A stretch of 64,000 nucleotides of DNA from the NCBI GenBank assembly GCA_000996205.1, contig LBYO01000001.1, positions 3,077-67,076 on the forward strand, written 5' to 3'. The position numbers and the translations under genes were made by a program. The stretch comes from Parcubacteria group bacterium GW2011_GWA1_40_21. GTDB taxonomy: Bacteria > Patescibacteriota > Minisyncoccia > Phycocordibacterales > GWA1-40-21. The notes beneath the pieces were generated by a model. The model was not told the DNA's origin, made no database searches, and saw only the letters and a program-made list of their open reading frames with translations. Shown piece after piece: positions 1-9,325 of this stretch (positions are counted from its first letter, which is position 1; the number at the start of each line of letters is the position of its first letter).

Positions 1-373
1 GTGAGCTTGCCATGAGCAGGGTGAATCCCGACGAAAGTCGGGAGGAGGCCCGAACCGGTTAGCCGTGCAATACTATCGGATGACTTGTGGTAAGAAGTGA
101 AAAGCTAATCGAACTTGGTAATAGCTGGTTCTCTCCGAAATAGCTTTTGGGCTAGCGTCTGGATTACCTTCTGGGGGTAGAGCACTGGATGGTCTAAACA
201 GGGAGAAATCTCATTAGACCAATCAAACTCCGAATACCAGAAGTAAACTTCCAGGCAGTTAGACCGTGGGGGCTAAGCTCCATTGGTCAAAAGGGAAACA
301 GCCCGGATCTCAACTTAAGGTCCCTAAATCTATGCTAAGTACGCTTGAGGTGGTGGAATTTCACAGACAGTGA

Positions 374-405
<32 letters not shown>

Positions 406-481
406 GATAGCGTAACAGCTCACTCACTAAGAGATTCTGCGCCGCAGATAATCGGGGTTAAGCATAGTACCGAAATTGAGG

Positions 482-606
482 GTTTGTGCGAAGCACAAAC
501 GAGTTAAAAGTCTTAAAGTCCTTAATGTCATTAAAGTAAGCACAGAAATGTATTTACTTTCGACTTTCGACTTTTTACTTTCGACTCGCTTGTGCTTCGC
601 ACAAGC
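482..606 (+). other. Hairpin insertion (IVS-like) in 23S helix 45
   Basis: GTTTGTGCGAAGCACAAACGAGT (482-504) pairs with ACTCGCTTGTGCTTCGCACAAGC (584-606), with AAAGTC/GACTTT repeats inside. It lies between CCGAA..GAG and GGTAGGAGAG, which is the helix 45 position. Confidence 0.85.
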
Positions 607-1138
607 GGTAGGAGAGTATTCTCATCGCGATGAAGCCAAAGGCGTGAGCCATGGTGGAGCGTTGAGAAGTAAGAATGTTGGCACAAGTAACCACAATGCG
701 GGTGAGAACCCCGCACGCCGAAAGACCAAGGTTTCCTTGGCGATGACAATCAGCCAAGGGTTAGTCGGGCCTAAGCGGATGGCGAAAGCCGCACGCGATG
801 GACACATGGTTAATATTCCATGACTTTTATGTATTGTGACGGGAGGACGGAGTCTAGTATGTTTTGCGCATTATTGGATTTGCGTTCGTGTCGTAAGGAG
901 GGCTTCCAGGAAAATCCGGAAGCGCGCCGCAAGGCAACTTCAAGCGAAGCGAAAATCCGCCGGTTCGCCGGTGGAAATGAGACAAAGCAGGCTCTCAAGA
1001 AAATTCCCTAAACTTAAATATGTAAAATCCGTACCGCAAACCGACACAGGTGGTCAGCTCGAGTAGAGCAAGGCGAACGAGTGAGAGGTCCCCAAGGAAC
1101 TCGGCAAAAAAGCAGCCGTAACTTCGGAATAAGGCTTT

Positions 1139-1512
1139 CCCTGGGCACTACTTTGTTTTTTAGTATTTGTAAATTATATTAGGGTTCAAAATTCAATTAA
1201 AAAGGAGATAATCTATGGCTAAATTTCTTTTAAAGATGTCGGGTACAGATCAGAATGGAAAAACCATTGAAACACTTCGCACTGTTCACGGAGACCAAAA
1301 GGAAATTGATCGGGCAGCATGGGAGATTACACAATCCTGGATAAAAGAAGGTATCTGTAACATCCATGTTGTTGGGGTTGGGGAAGTTCTCCAATCTTTT
1401 GACTCAAGTCAAAATTGAATTTTCCCTGTGATGTTTCCGCGAAAACTTTCGCGGAAACATCACTCTAATATAGTTTGCAAGTGATAACTTAAAAATAAAG
1501 TAGTGCTCGGGG
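1139..1512 (+). other. Long-stem insertion in the 23S helix 63 region carrying a small ORF
   Basis: CCCTGGGCACTACTTTGTTTTT pairs with AAAAATAAAGTAGTGCTCGGGG. It lies between GTAACTTCGGAATAAGG and CAACTGTTTATCAAAAACACAG. Confidence 0.85.
1215..1418 (+). CDS. Hypothetical 67-aa protein inside the 23S insertion
   Basis: ATG preceded by AAAAGGAG, protein-like composition, followed by a 16-bp hairpin (1428-1463). No family recognised. Confidence 0.7.
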   Translation: MAKFLLKMSGTDQNGKTIETLRTVHGDQKEIDRAAWEITQSWIKEGICNIHVVGVGEVLQSFDSSQN

Positions 1513-1629
1513 ACGCAGCTAAAGTATCTCTGGCAACTGTTTATCAAAAACACAGCTCCCTGCGAACTCGTAAGAGGATGTATAGGGGGTGACACTTGAC
1601 CAATGCCAGAAGGTCAAATACCGACGGTG

Positions 1630-1674
1630 TTCAGCACTTATTTCTTAAAATATTTTTGAGAAATAAGTGCTGGA
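1630..1674 (+). repeat. (C/T)CAGCACTTATTT...AAATAAGTGCTGG hairpin extension in 23S helix 68
   Basis: Near-perfect inverted repeat. The same arms recur at 1731-1763 and 3487-3584. Confidence 0.8.
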
Positions 1675-1695
1675 TGCTGATTGGTATAAGCCCTG

Positions 1696-1730
<35 letters not shown>

Positions 1731-1953
1731 CCAGCACTTATTTTTTTAAAAAATAAGTGCTGGAGGACTGGGACTGTTATAGCCAGTAAAAAATAAACTG
1801 GGATAAACAAATTAAACACATAATCATTACATTTTAGAGCTACCTATCATGCCGTAATGCATGAATAGTCCATCGTGATCAACGAGAGACCAACGTCACG
1901 GACCCAAACTTGCAAAGTGGGTTAAGAGAGAGTCCTTCTTTAAGGAAGAGAAG
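1731..1953 (+). mobile_element. ORF-less group I-like intron at 23S position L1931 (223 nt)
   Basis: Interrupts CCTAAGGT|AGCGAAATTCC, follows U and ends in G. Only weak R/S-like core elements (CAACGAGAGACC, AAGAGAGAGTCC). Confidence 0.75.
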
Positions 1954-2523
1954 AGCGAAATTCCTTGTCGGGTAAGTTCCGACGCGCACGAATAGTGTAA
2001 TGACTGGAGAACTGTCTCGGGGGCTTGCTCGGTGAAAATACAGTACCGGTGAAGATGCCGGTTACCTGCAGCTAGACGAAAAGACCCTAGGAGCTTTACT
2101 ACAATTTTATATTGAGTGTATGTTTCAACTGCGTAGCGTAGACGGTAGACTTTGAAGTCTTGTTCTCGGATGAGATGGAGTCGTCGATGAAACACCGTTC
2201 TTTTGTGATATGCATTCTAATCCGCGCGGCAAAAACGAGCGGAGACAGTATATGATGGGTAGTTTTAGTGGGGCGCTATCCTCCCAAAAAGTAACGGAGG
2301 AGCCTATTAAGGTTGGCTAGGCGCGAATGGAAACCGTGCTGATAGTGTAATGGCACAAGCCAGCTTGACTGCGAGGCGTACTTGCCGAGCAGGTGCGAAA
2401 GCAGAGCATAGTGAACCGATGGTCCGCATTAGACGCGGCCAGAGATTATCGGACAAAAGCTACCCTAGGGATAACAGGCTGGTAGTGCCTAAGCGTCCAT
2501 AGCGACGGCACTGTTCGGCACCT

Positions 2524-3393
2524 TAACTCTCAATTAAACACTGAGAAACATCGGGGTGCCTATCGCAGTAATGCGATACAAAAATAATTTGGCTTATAAC
2601 GGTGGACTCCATGCGTAAGATTGTATCAATTTGGTATAATTAACTGCATGGACAATACCGTGGGAAGTCTAACCCAATTACAAAAGTCATTTCTCATTGG
2701 AACTCTTTTAGGAGACGGATATATCCGTCAAGCAAAAGGGAGGAGAAATGCATTTCTTGAGATAAATCATTCAATGGCTCAAAGAGAGTATGTTGAGTGG
2801 AAATACGAAATCATAAAAAATTTAACGCGAACTGGTCCAAAATCCAGAAAAGGAAATGGGAACCGGATAGCATATAGATTTTTTACAAAACAACATCCTG
2901 AATTTACAAAAATAATGGATTTGTTTTACAGAGATAAAAAGAAATGTATTCCTGATCTAGTATTAGATCCAATGAGTTTGGCGGTATGGTTTATGGATGA
3001 TGGCAGCAGATGTGATAAAAGCAATGTTTATCTTAATACTCAGCAATTTTCAAAAGATGATCAGTATAAATTATTGAAATATTTAGAAAATATGGGATTA
3101 AGCGGGACATTGAACAAAGACAAAGAATATTACCGCATCAGATTTACATCATCCAGTATTCCTAAACTATTTGGAATAATTGAAAAACATATTATTCCAT
3201 CTATGAAATACAAAATTGGATTATGACCCTGTAGAGACTTGGCCTTAACTGGTCGGAGTGTGAAGGAAGACTTCATGCTAACACGCCGAACCCCCTCACC
3301 AGTTTTAGAATTAGATATTTCTAAAACTTAAAACTGGTGAGGGGTGAAGATATAGTCCGATCCTTCCGGTAACGGAAGAAAAATACGACACTG
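2524..3393 (+). mobile_element. Group I intron L2500 with a LAGLIDADG endonuclease gene
   Basis: Interrupts GGCACCT|CGATGTCGG. IGS GGGTGCC gives a U-G splice pair. P/Q ATAACGGTGG/AATACCGTGGGAAG, R TAGAGACT, S GAAGATATAGTCC, terminal G. Confidence 0.95.
2648..3226 (+). CDS. Intron-encoded two-motif LAGLIDADG homing endonuclease
   Basis: Motifs LIGTLLGDG and LAVWFMDDG. ATG 2648 is preferred over the ORF-track start at 2621. Confidence 0.92.
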   Translation: MDNTVGSLTQLQKSFLIGTLLGDGYIRQAKGRRNAFLEINHSMAQREYVEWKYEIIKNLTRTGPKSRKGNGNRIAYRFFTKQHPEFTKIMDLFYRDKKKCIPDLVLDPMSLAVWFMDDGSRCDKSNVYLNTQQFSKDDQYKLLKYLENMGLSGTLNKDKEYYRIRFTSSSIPKLFGIIEKHIIPSMKYKIGL

Positions 3394-3486
3394 CGATGTC
3401 GGCTCAACTTATCCTGGGGGTGTAGAAGCTCCCAAGGGTTTGGCTGTTCGCCAATTAAAAAGTTACGCGAGCTGGGTTCAGACCGT

Positions 3487-4064
3487 CCAGCACTTATTTT
3501 GCTACATAGACTACGTACACAAACAAAAGTATCAAATAATATTTTGATATGACAATTTGCTTTGTGTAGCAAAATAAGTGCTGGACAATCTGAATCCTCA
3601 GAGGACTTTTCGTCTATGAAAAAAGAAACCTAAACGCAATAATATTGCGTCGGTTAAATAGAAAACCAATCAAATCACGGCGGTCTTTTGTAGAAATACA
3701 AAATGTACAGAGCTGATTAATATCGGTGGAGTCCATATAAATGGATAATATCGAGGGAAGTTTATAGGCTTTATTGAGGATGTTCTTTTAAGGGCGGTGT
3801 AGCTCAAGAGTATCGTGTGTTGAAAGACGAAAGTCGAGGATACACACTTTAGCGAGAACGCTTTCTTGAATTATTACAAAGTTCAGATAAAAGAGGATAC
3901 AGATAAAAATCCTGTCATCGTCCGCCAACATTGCCAAGAAAATTATTTTCTTGGCTCCTCAGTAAAGTCTATAAATACCCGTAGAGACTAAACATCAGAT
4001 GTCTTAACTCGAAAGAGAAAGACAAAGTCATAGTCCGATGCGTTTAGCAATAAACGATATCATG
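3487..4064 (+). mobile_element. ORF-less group I intron L2593
   Basis: Interrupts TTCAGACCGT|CGTGAGACAG. IGS TCACG-GCGGTCT (3675-3686) pairs with both exons. Q AATATCGAGGGAAG, R GTAGAGACTA, S AAGTCATAGTCC, terminal G. Confidence 0.93.
3792..3927 (+). ncRNA. Degenerate tRNA-like element within P6 of intron L2593
   Basis: GGGCGGTG-TA-GCTCAA start, CATCGTCC-G-CCA end, T-arm-like ACAGA-TAAAAAT-CCTGT, enlarged D and anticodon loops. Confidence 0.6.
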
Positions 4065-4127
4065 CGTGAGACAGGTTGGTCTCCTATCTGCTGCAGGCGT
4101 TGATTCTTGAGAAGATTTGTTCCTAGT

Positions 4128-4996
4128 AAGTAATTGCTACTTTCATGAGCAATCATGATTGAAAATGCTGCTCATAACGGTGAAGCCTTCATATGATTCA
4201 GGTCTTAGAATTGTAATACTTGAGGTCCTTGTGTTATAATTCGCTTGAGGACCAGAATCCTCTTTAAGGTAATACCGTGGGAAGTCGATCTAAAATTGCA
4301 AAAGAATTTGATAGAGCATACATCGCGGGTTTTCTTGATGGTGATGGGAGCTTAATGCTTCAGATCAAAAAACGAAAAGATGGCAATATCGGAATACGAT
4401 TTATGCCAACAATTTGTTTCTATCAAGATACCCGCCATGAGAAAACTTTGTACTGGATACAAGAAGTTTTGGGCATTGGATATCTTTCCAAAAGGAATGA
4501 TGGAATGACCGAACTTCGTATAAATGGTTTCAGACAGGTGAGGAATATTCTGAACTTGTTATCGCCATATATACGATTTAAGAAACTTCAAAGCGACGCG
4601 TTAAAAAACGCATGTGAAATACTTTCAGATACAAAGTTTAAAATGTTAAGCAAAGAGAAGTTAAAAGAACTCGTTAATTACATTCTGGTAATTCAAAGTG
4701 AAAACTATATTACCAAGAAAAAGAAAACGCGAGAGGAACTTCTTGCTATGTTAGGTTTGACCCCGTAACGACTCATGTTGAAAGATACATGGACTCATGC
4801 GTTGAGGAATCCAGCCTCAGTTTGCAAAAACTTGAGCTGGACAGCTCGTATGGGTAAAATGCAGCCCCCCTCTGCTCGCAAGCAGAGGGGGAAGGTATAG
4901 TCTACACTCCTAGAAATAGGGGATAATATTCGTAGCCATTCGTATCATTCGAATAATTCGTATATTCGTATTGATTACGAGCGAAGCGAGTATGTG
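4128..4996 (+). mobile_element. Group I intron after U2656 (sarcin-ricin loop) with a LAGLIDADG gene
   Basis: Interrupts CCTAGT|ACGAGAGGACC. P1 is TAGT|AA-GTAA-TTGCTA with a U-G pair. Q AATACCGTGGGAAG, R GTAACGACT, S GAAGGTATAGTCT, terminal G. Confidence 0.92.
4277..4768 (+). CDS. Single-motif LAGLIDADG homing endonuclease (I-CreI-like)
   Basis: YIAGFLDGDGS motif, FYQ, LSPYIRFKK; 163 aa. Confidence 0.93.
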   Translation: MGSRSKIAKEFDRAYIAGFLDGDGSLMLQIKKRKDGNIGIRFMPTICFYQDTRHEKTLYWIQEVLGIGYLSKRNDGMTELRINGFRQVRNILNLLSPYIRFKKLQSDALKNACEILSDTKFKMLSKEKLKELVNYILVIQSENYITKKKKTREELLAMLGLTP

Positions 4997-5469
4997 ACGA
5001 GAGGACCGGAATGAACTAACCTCTGGTCTATCTGCTGTCCCGCCAGGGGCACCGCAGAGTAGCTAAGTTGGGAATGGATAACCTCTGAAAGCATCTAAGA
5101 GGGAAGCCAACTTCAAGATTAGGAATCGTTTGAGACCCCTAAGAGATTATTAGGTTGATAGGCTCTAGGTGTACGCGCAGTAATGCGTTTAGCCGAGGAG
5201 TACTAATCCGTCGATTCTTATTAGGAAATTTAGAAACCAGCCCGAAACATTTTCGCCGCAAGGCGAGGTGTTGGGCAAATTGTTTTAACCTGTTATATGA
5301 GATTAAACATCTCATTTAATAAAACTTACAAACTCGGCGCTTTTTTTCGTTGCAAGCTCCGTTTGCTCCCGCGCAGTATAATAATACAGCTTGGTCTCAA
5401 TACTCGCTTGCGCCTCGAACTGCATCCAAGTTTGTAAGTTTTATGAAATTAGTCCTTTGATTTTTGTGT

Positions 5470-5544
5470 CGGGGCCGGGCTGAATGGTATCGGCACTCTC
5501 TGAATTTGAGAGAGGAACAGGTTCGATTCCTGCGGCCCCGACCA
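5470..5544 (+). tRNA. tRNA-like gene with a Pro-type acceptor (C1-G72, A73) and non-canonical anticodon loop TGAATTT
   Basis: Cloverleaf CGGGGCC/GGCCCCG, D-stem GCTG/CGGC, anticodon stem CTCTC/GAGAG, GGTTCGATTCC, encoded CCA. Lacks U8, U33 and purine 37. Confidence 0.65.
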
Positions 5545-5580
5545 TAAATTATTTCAATATTATTTTGTTAAACTTTTTGT

Positions 5581-5688
<108 letters not shown>

Positions 5689-5707
5689 CAAAGTGTTTAA
5701 CAAAATA

Positions 5708-5815
5708 CCCCAAATTACAAAATGCAAAAATTTAGGTCTTCGGGTCGCAAAAGCTGTTTGTCTTTTAAATGTTTTTGCTCAACCAGACCATAAATTTTTA
5801 CATTTTGTAATTTGG
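5708..5815 (-). repeat. ~110-bp hairpin MITE-like repeat, copy 1 (inverted)
   Basis: Reverse complement matches 48353-48462 and 52768-52873; ~30-bp terminal inverted repeats. Confidence 0.88.
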
Positions 5816-5829
5816 TGAAAATGTATTCC

Positions 5830-5864
5830 AGAAAAACACCGCGTGCTTGCGCGGTGTTTTTCTG
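5830..5864. terminator. Intrinsic terminator after 5S
   Basis: CAGAAAAACACCGCG-TGCTTG-CGCGGTGTTTTTCTG. Confidence 0.75.
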
Positions 5865-5939
5865 TTAAAATAGTTTTATTATTCAGAGGTTATTTTTATC
5901 TTCCCTAAAACCTACAACCTAAAACCTACAACCTAATCC

Positions 5940-6633
5940 ATGTCATCCTGGTCCCAAAAAAGAAAATCAATTTATTTTTTAATTTTCGCTGGTCTTTTAT
6001 TCATTTTTATAATCTTGCCGGCGTATTTGATTTTTTACAAACCGCCCACCTGCAGTGACGGCAAGCAAAATGGAAGCGAAAAAGGAGTTGACTGCGGAGG
6101 CTCCTGCGTAAAACTCTGCCGTTCGCAATATCTTGACCCGAATGTCATCTGGACAAGAGTCATTAAAGTCAAGTCTGGAATTTACAGCGCTCTTGCTTAT
6201 ATTTCTGATTTACGAGAGAAAAGGCGAGACTTTTATTCCGCCCGATAAATTTTTCGCTGTTTTTGAAGATGAAATTCCAACCGGCAAAAAAATTCCGGTA
6301 AAGGCCATTTTTGAGTTTACGAGTGTCGCCTTATGGAAGAGACAAGAAAATAAGGAAGTCGGAGTGACTGTTTTGAAAAAAACGATTTCGCGCGAGGATT
6401 ACTCTCCTCGCGTTGACGCGACTCTGGCAAATAATACGCTTAAGCCCATATCCAATATTGAAGTCGTGGCGATAGTTTATGGCGAAGACGCCAACTCTCT
6501 GGGTTTCTCTCGGACTTTTATTGACAAGCTGAACAAGGAAGAATCCCAGGATGTCTCTTTCACATGGCCGGAACCCTTCACTTCCAATGCCGTAAAAATA
6601 GAGATTATCCCGAGAGTGTATGGAAAAAAATGA
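5940..6633 (+). pseudogene. Membrane-anchored hypothetical protein (Cys-rich TCSDGKQNGSEKGVDCGGSC motif), frame broken near 6200
   Basis: The 5940 ORF and 6133-6633 ORF read as N- and C-terminal parts of one protein. The break may be an assembly deletion. Confidence 0.6.
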
Positions 6634-7796
6634 AAGATTTATTTTTAAAAGCCGACAATGAATATTCCCGCGACAGAAGAGTGATAAAGGTTTTTCAGGT
6701 TGATTGGATACTGCTTTTGTCGGCGATTTTCATAGCCATCGCCGGACTCGTAACAATGAACTCTTTTACCGGAGATAACCCTTACTTTGAAAAACAAACA
6801 ATATGGATATCAATTTCAGTTGCGGCATTTTTCCTCGTGAGTCTTTTTGATTTCAGGTTTTTGAGAAGAACGGCGGTGGTCGTCTCTATTTTTATTTTGT
6901 CTTTCACAATGCTTGCCGCTCTCTTGGCTTTAGGCTCGGTTACTAAAGGCGCGAAAAGCTGGTTCCATCTAGGATTCTTTTCTTTTCAGCCGGCTGATCT
7001 CGTGAAGTTTGCCGTAATAATTCTTTTGGCTAAATATTTTTCCAGAAGGCATATAGAAATATCCAACATTAGGCACATATTAATTTCAGGCGCTTACGCG
7101 TTTATAGTTTTGATTATGGTTCTTGCTCAGCCGGATTTCGGTTCGGCAATGATAATTTTTCTTTTGTGGCTCGGTATGGTGTTAATGTCAGGAATTTCCA
7201 AAAAGCATCTCTTGGCGGTATTTCTTGTCGGAGCGATTTCTTTCGGCGGACTGTGGGGTTATGCTTTTAAAGATTATCAAAAAAAGAGAATAATGACTTT
7301 CATATATCCTTTGTCTGATGTCCGCGGCGCCGGTTATAACGCTTATCAATCTACGATTGCCGTCGGTTCAGGACGGCTTTTTGGAAAAGGGATTGGATAC
7401 GGAACCCAGTCCAAACTGAAGTTTCTTCCGGAATATCAAACGGACTTTATTTTTGCGGCTTATGCTGAAGAATGGGGATTCTTCGGAGTAATTTTGCTTT
7501 TTTCACTATACGGCATTTTGTTTTGGCGAATAATTTTGAATGCTTATCAAGGGGCCACTAATTTTGAAATCCTTTACGGCGCCGGATTGGCAATTCTTTT
7601 TATGAGCCATTTTATCATCAATGTCGGAATGAATATCGGACTTCTGCCGGTGACAGGCATCACCTTGCCGTTTATGAGCTACGGCGGAACGCATCTTCTA
7701 GCCGGTTTTATCGGACTTGGAATTTTAATGGGTATGCGCCGCTACAGAATGGCAACCCATAGAGATGTTATGAAAAATGAATTTTTGGGGCTTTGA
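6630..7796 (+). CDS. rodA: Rod shape-determining protein RodA (SEDS family)
   Basis: GAKSW, FQPAD, QPDFG, LPEYQTDFIF, GITLPFMSYGG motifs. Confidence 0.9.
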   Translation: MKDLFLKADNEYSRDRRVIKVFQVDWILLLSAIFIAIAGLVTMNSFTGDNPYFEKQTIWISISVAAFFLVSLFDFRFLRRTAVVVSIFILSFTMLAALLALGSVTKGAKSWFHLGFFSFQPADLVKFAVIILLAKYFSRRHIEISNIRHILISGAYAFIVLIMVLAQPDFGSAMIIFLLWLGMVLMSGISKKHLLAVFLVGAISFGGLWGYAFKDYQKKRIMTFIYPLSDVRGAGYNAYQSTIAVGSGRLFGKGIGYGTQSKLKFLPEYQTDFIFAAYAEEWGFFGVILLFSLYGILFWRIILNAYQGATNFEILYGAGLAILFMSHFIINVGMNIGLLPVTGITLPFMSYGGTHLLAGFIGLGILMGMRRYRMATHRDVMKNEFLGL

Positions 7797-7883
7797 GCTG
7801 TGCCGAAATTTTAGCGCGAATTTTTAAAAAAAGAGGGTCGCTATGTCTTAATAGCGACCCCGTTTGAAACCCGTTTTGTTAAT

Positions 7884-8576
7884 CTACATTTGCTTGCGCG
7901 CGAGGAACTCGCTCCCCTTGCCGACATCAGTGTTTATCGGAATATTCTGTTTGCAGAGTGGACAATCTGCTTCATTGAACGCGTCAAGCTTTACATTCAC
8001 AAGAGCAATGAGCTTCGACACATCCGCAACATCTTGTGGTGTTATTCCTCCGCGATTACAGAGAACACCGAGACCTATAACCTTGCCTCCGACTGCTCGC
8101 GTAGCCTCAATCACTTTCTTGGCAGAACCGCCGGTAGTGAGAACATCTTCCACCACCAGAACGTTCTTGCCCGCGATTAGCTTGTCGTAGCCGCGCTTGA
8201 TGACGAAATTCCCAGTCTCAATATAACATTTTCTCCCCTTATTGAGAGGATCTGGAATTGCTACAGCTTCTTTCTCGGCATAAACTCCTAACACCTCACG
8301 ATTGTGGCGATCCATTTTGGTTAAATGATAGGCTACCCACTGTGAAAGTATTACCCCGCCGATTGTCGGAGCAATGACTACTTCTACCTTGTCCTCGCTA
8401 TATCTGAATTGCTCGGCGATCTCATGACAGAGGTAGTACATATCCACGGTGTGGGGGTATAACGCATCCTTATTGACATACGCCGTGCCGTGCTCCCAAG
8501 ATGTGTAGACGACATGACTCCCCGTGATAATTGCTCTTGCTTTAGCGAGGACTTTTTGCACTTCCGACTCATTCAT
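7884..8576 (-). CDS. pyrE: Orotate phosphoribosyltransferase-like type I PRTase
   Basis: PRPP-binding VLVVEDVLTTGGS, GSHVVYTS, C-terminal CPLC. Confidence 0.75.
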   Translation of the reverse strand: MNESEVQKVLAKARAIITGSHVVYTSWEHGTAYVNKDALYPHTVDMYYLCHEIAEQFRYSEDKVEVVIAPTIGGVILSQWVAYHLTKMDRHNREVLGVYAEKEAVAIPDPLNKGRKCYIETGNFVIKRGYDKLIAGKNVLVVEDVLTTGGSAKKVIEATRAVGGKVIGLGVLCNRGGITPQDVADVSKLIALVNVKLDAFNEADCPLCKQNIPINTDVGKGSEFLARKQM

Positions 8577-8809
8577 AATTCAATCTCCTTTCTTATTGTG
8601 AAATGAACAATCATAGCCGGACACCCGGCTGATTACTAAATTCAGACTAATAAAAAAAGCGACAAAAAGCAAGAAAACCCCACTCCGCGATTACGCTCCG
8701 CGGGGTCATACCACTTAGAAGTGGTAATTTTAAAATATTTTTTACGCTCAGTTTATTATAAATCTTTCAAGTGCGTGCACCGCGAAGCCCCGCTCTGCGC
8801 GGGGCGAAG

Positions 8810-8868
8810 TGGTGGACCTATGGGGAATCGGACCCCAGCCTTCCCGATGTTCATCGGGATGTTCTACC
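8810..8868 (-). pseudogene. 3' part of a tRNA-Ala-like sequence with a palindromic anticodon arm and CCA
   Basis: Minus strand GGTAGAACA-TCCCGATGAACATCGGGA-AGGC-TGGGGTCCGATTCCCCA-TAGGTCC-ACCA. Confidence 0.75.
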
Positions 8869-8887
8869 GAAAATAAACTTTGCTCGG

Positions 8888-8958
8888 TGGACCTATGGGG
8901 AATCGGACCCCAGCTTCATCCATGCCATGGATGTGTAATACCATTTTACTATAGGCCC
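8888..8958 (-). tRNA. tRNA-Ala(GGC)
   Basis: GGGCCTA/TAGGTCC with G3-U70; anticodon arm CATCC-ATGGCAT-GGATG; T loop TCCGATT. Confidence 0.92.
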
Positions 8959-9212
8959 ATTTTTATTACTTGTTCCTTGACTATTAGATCAAGTATTTTT
9001 TTATTCTTACATTTTTTTAATTTATTTTCCATCCGCACGGCATCAACATTAGATGGGAATAATTTTTTGAAAACCAGCTTCATCGGTCTTTGCGATCTTA
9101 AGGATATTGTTTTCCCTGAATTATGCTCTTTTAATCTATTTTCAACATCATGACTTGAACCAATATAATACCTATCTGTTTTTTCACTTTGTAATATATA
9201 AATCCATGTCAT
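8949..9212 (-). CDS. Small GIY-YIG nuclease (UPF0213/SLX1-like)
   Basis: WIYIL...YYIGSS...RLKEHN...E motifs. The stop codon overlaps the tRNA-Ala 5' end. Confidence 0.88.
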   Translation of the reverse strand: MTWIYILQSEKTDRYYIGSSHDVENRLKEHNSGKTISLRSQRPMKLVFKKLFPSNVDAVRMENKLKKCKNKKILDLIVKEQVIKMGL

Positions 9213-9226
9213 AAATTTAACAACAA

Positions 9227-9272
9227 CCTTCCCGATGTTCATCGGGATGTTCTACCACTGAACTATAGGCCC
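9227..9272 (-). pseudogene. 5' part of a tRNA-Ala-like sequence with a palindromic anticodon arm
   Basis: Minus strand GGGCCTA-TA-GTTC-AGTGGTA-GAAC-A-TCCCGATGAACATCGGGA-AGG; 30 bp identical to 8839-8868. Confidence 0.75.
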
Positions 9273-9325
9273 TGCCGAAAATCAGTATATATTAAATGAG
9301 ACTTTTTTCAATTACTTAAGATGTT

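Noticed and set aside
26-43. TCCCGACGAAAGTCGGGA resembles the TCCCGATGAACATCGGGA palindrome
   Set aside because: It sits at native 23S helix 34 with normal length and a GNRA loop; the similarity may be coincidental.
4925-4994. ATTCGT short repeats in the intron 3' region as a possible CRISPR or protein-binding array
   Set aside because: Units are 8-10 nt without unique spacers; best read as a P9 extension. No CRISPR array or cas gene is seen in the window.
6190-6225. Frame break as programmed frameshifting
   Set aside because: No slippery site, and sequence appears to be missing; likely an assembly deletion.
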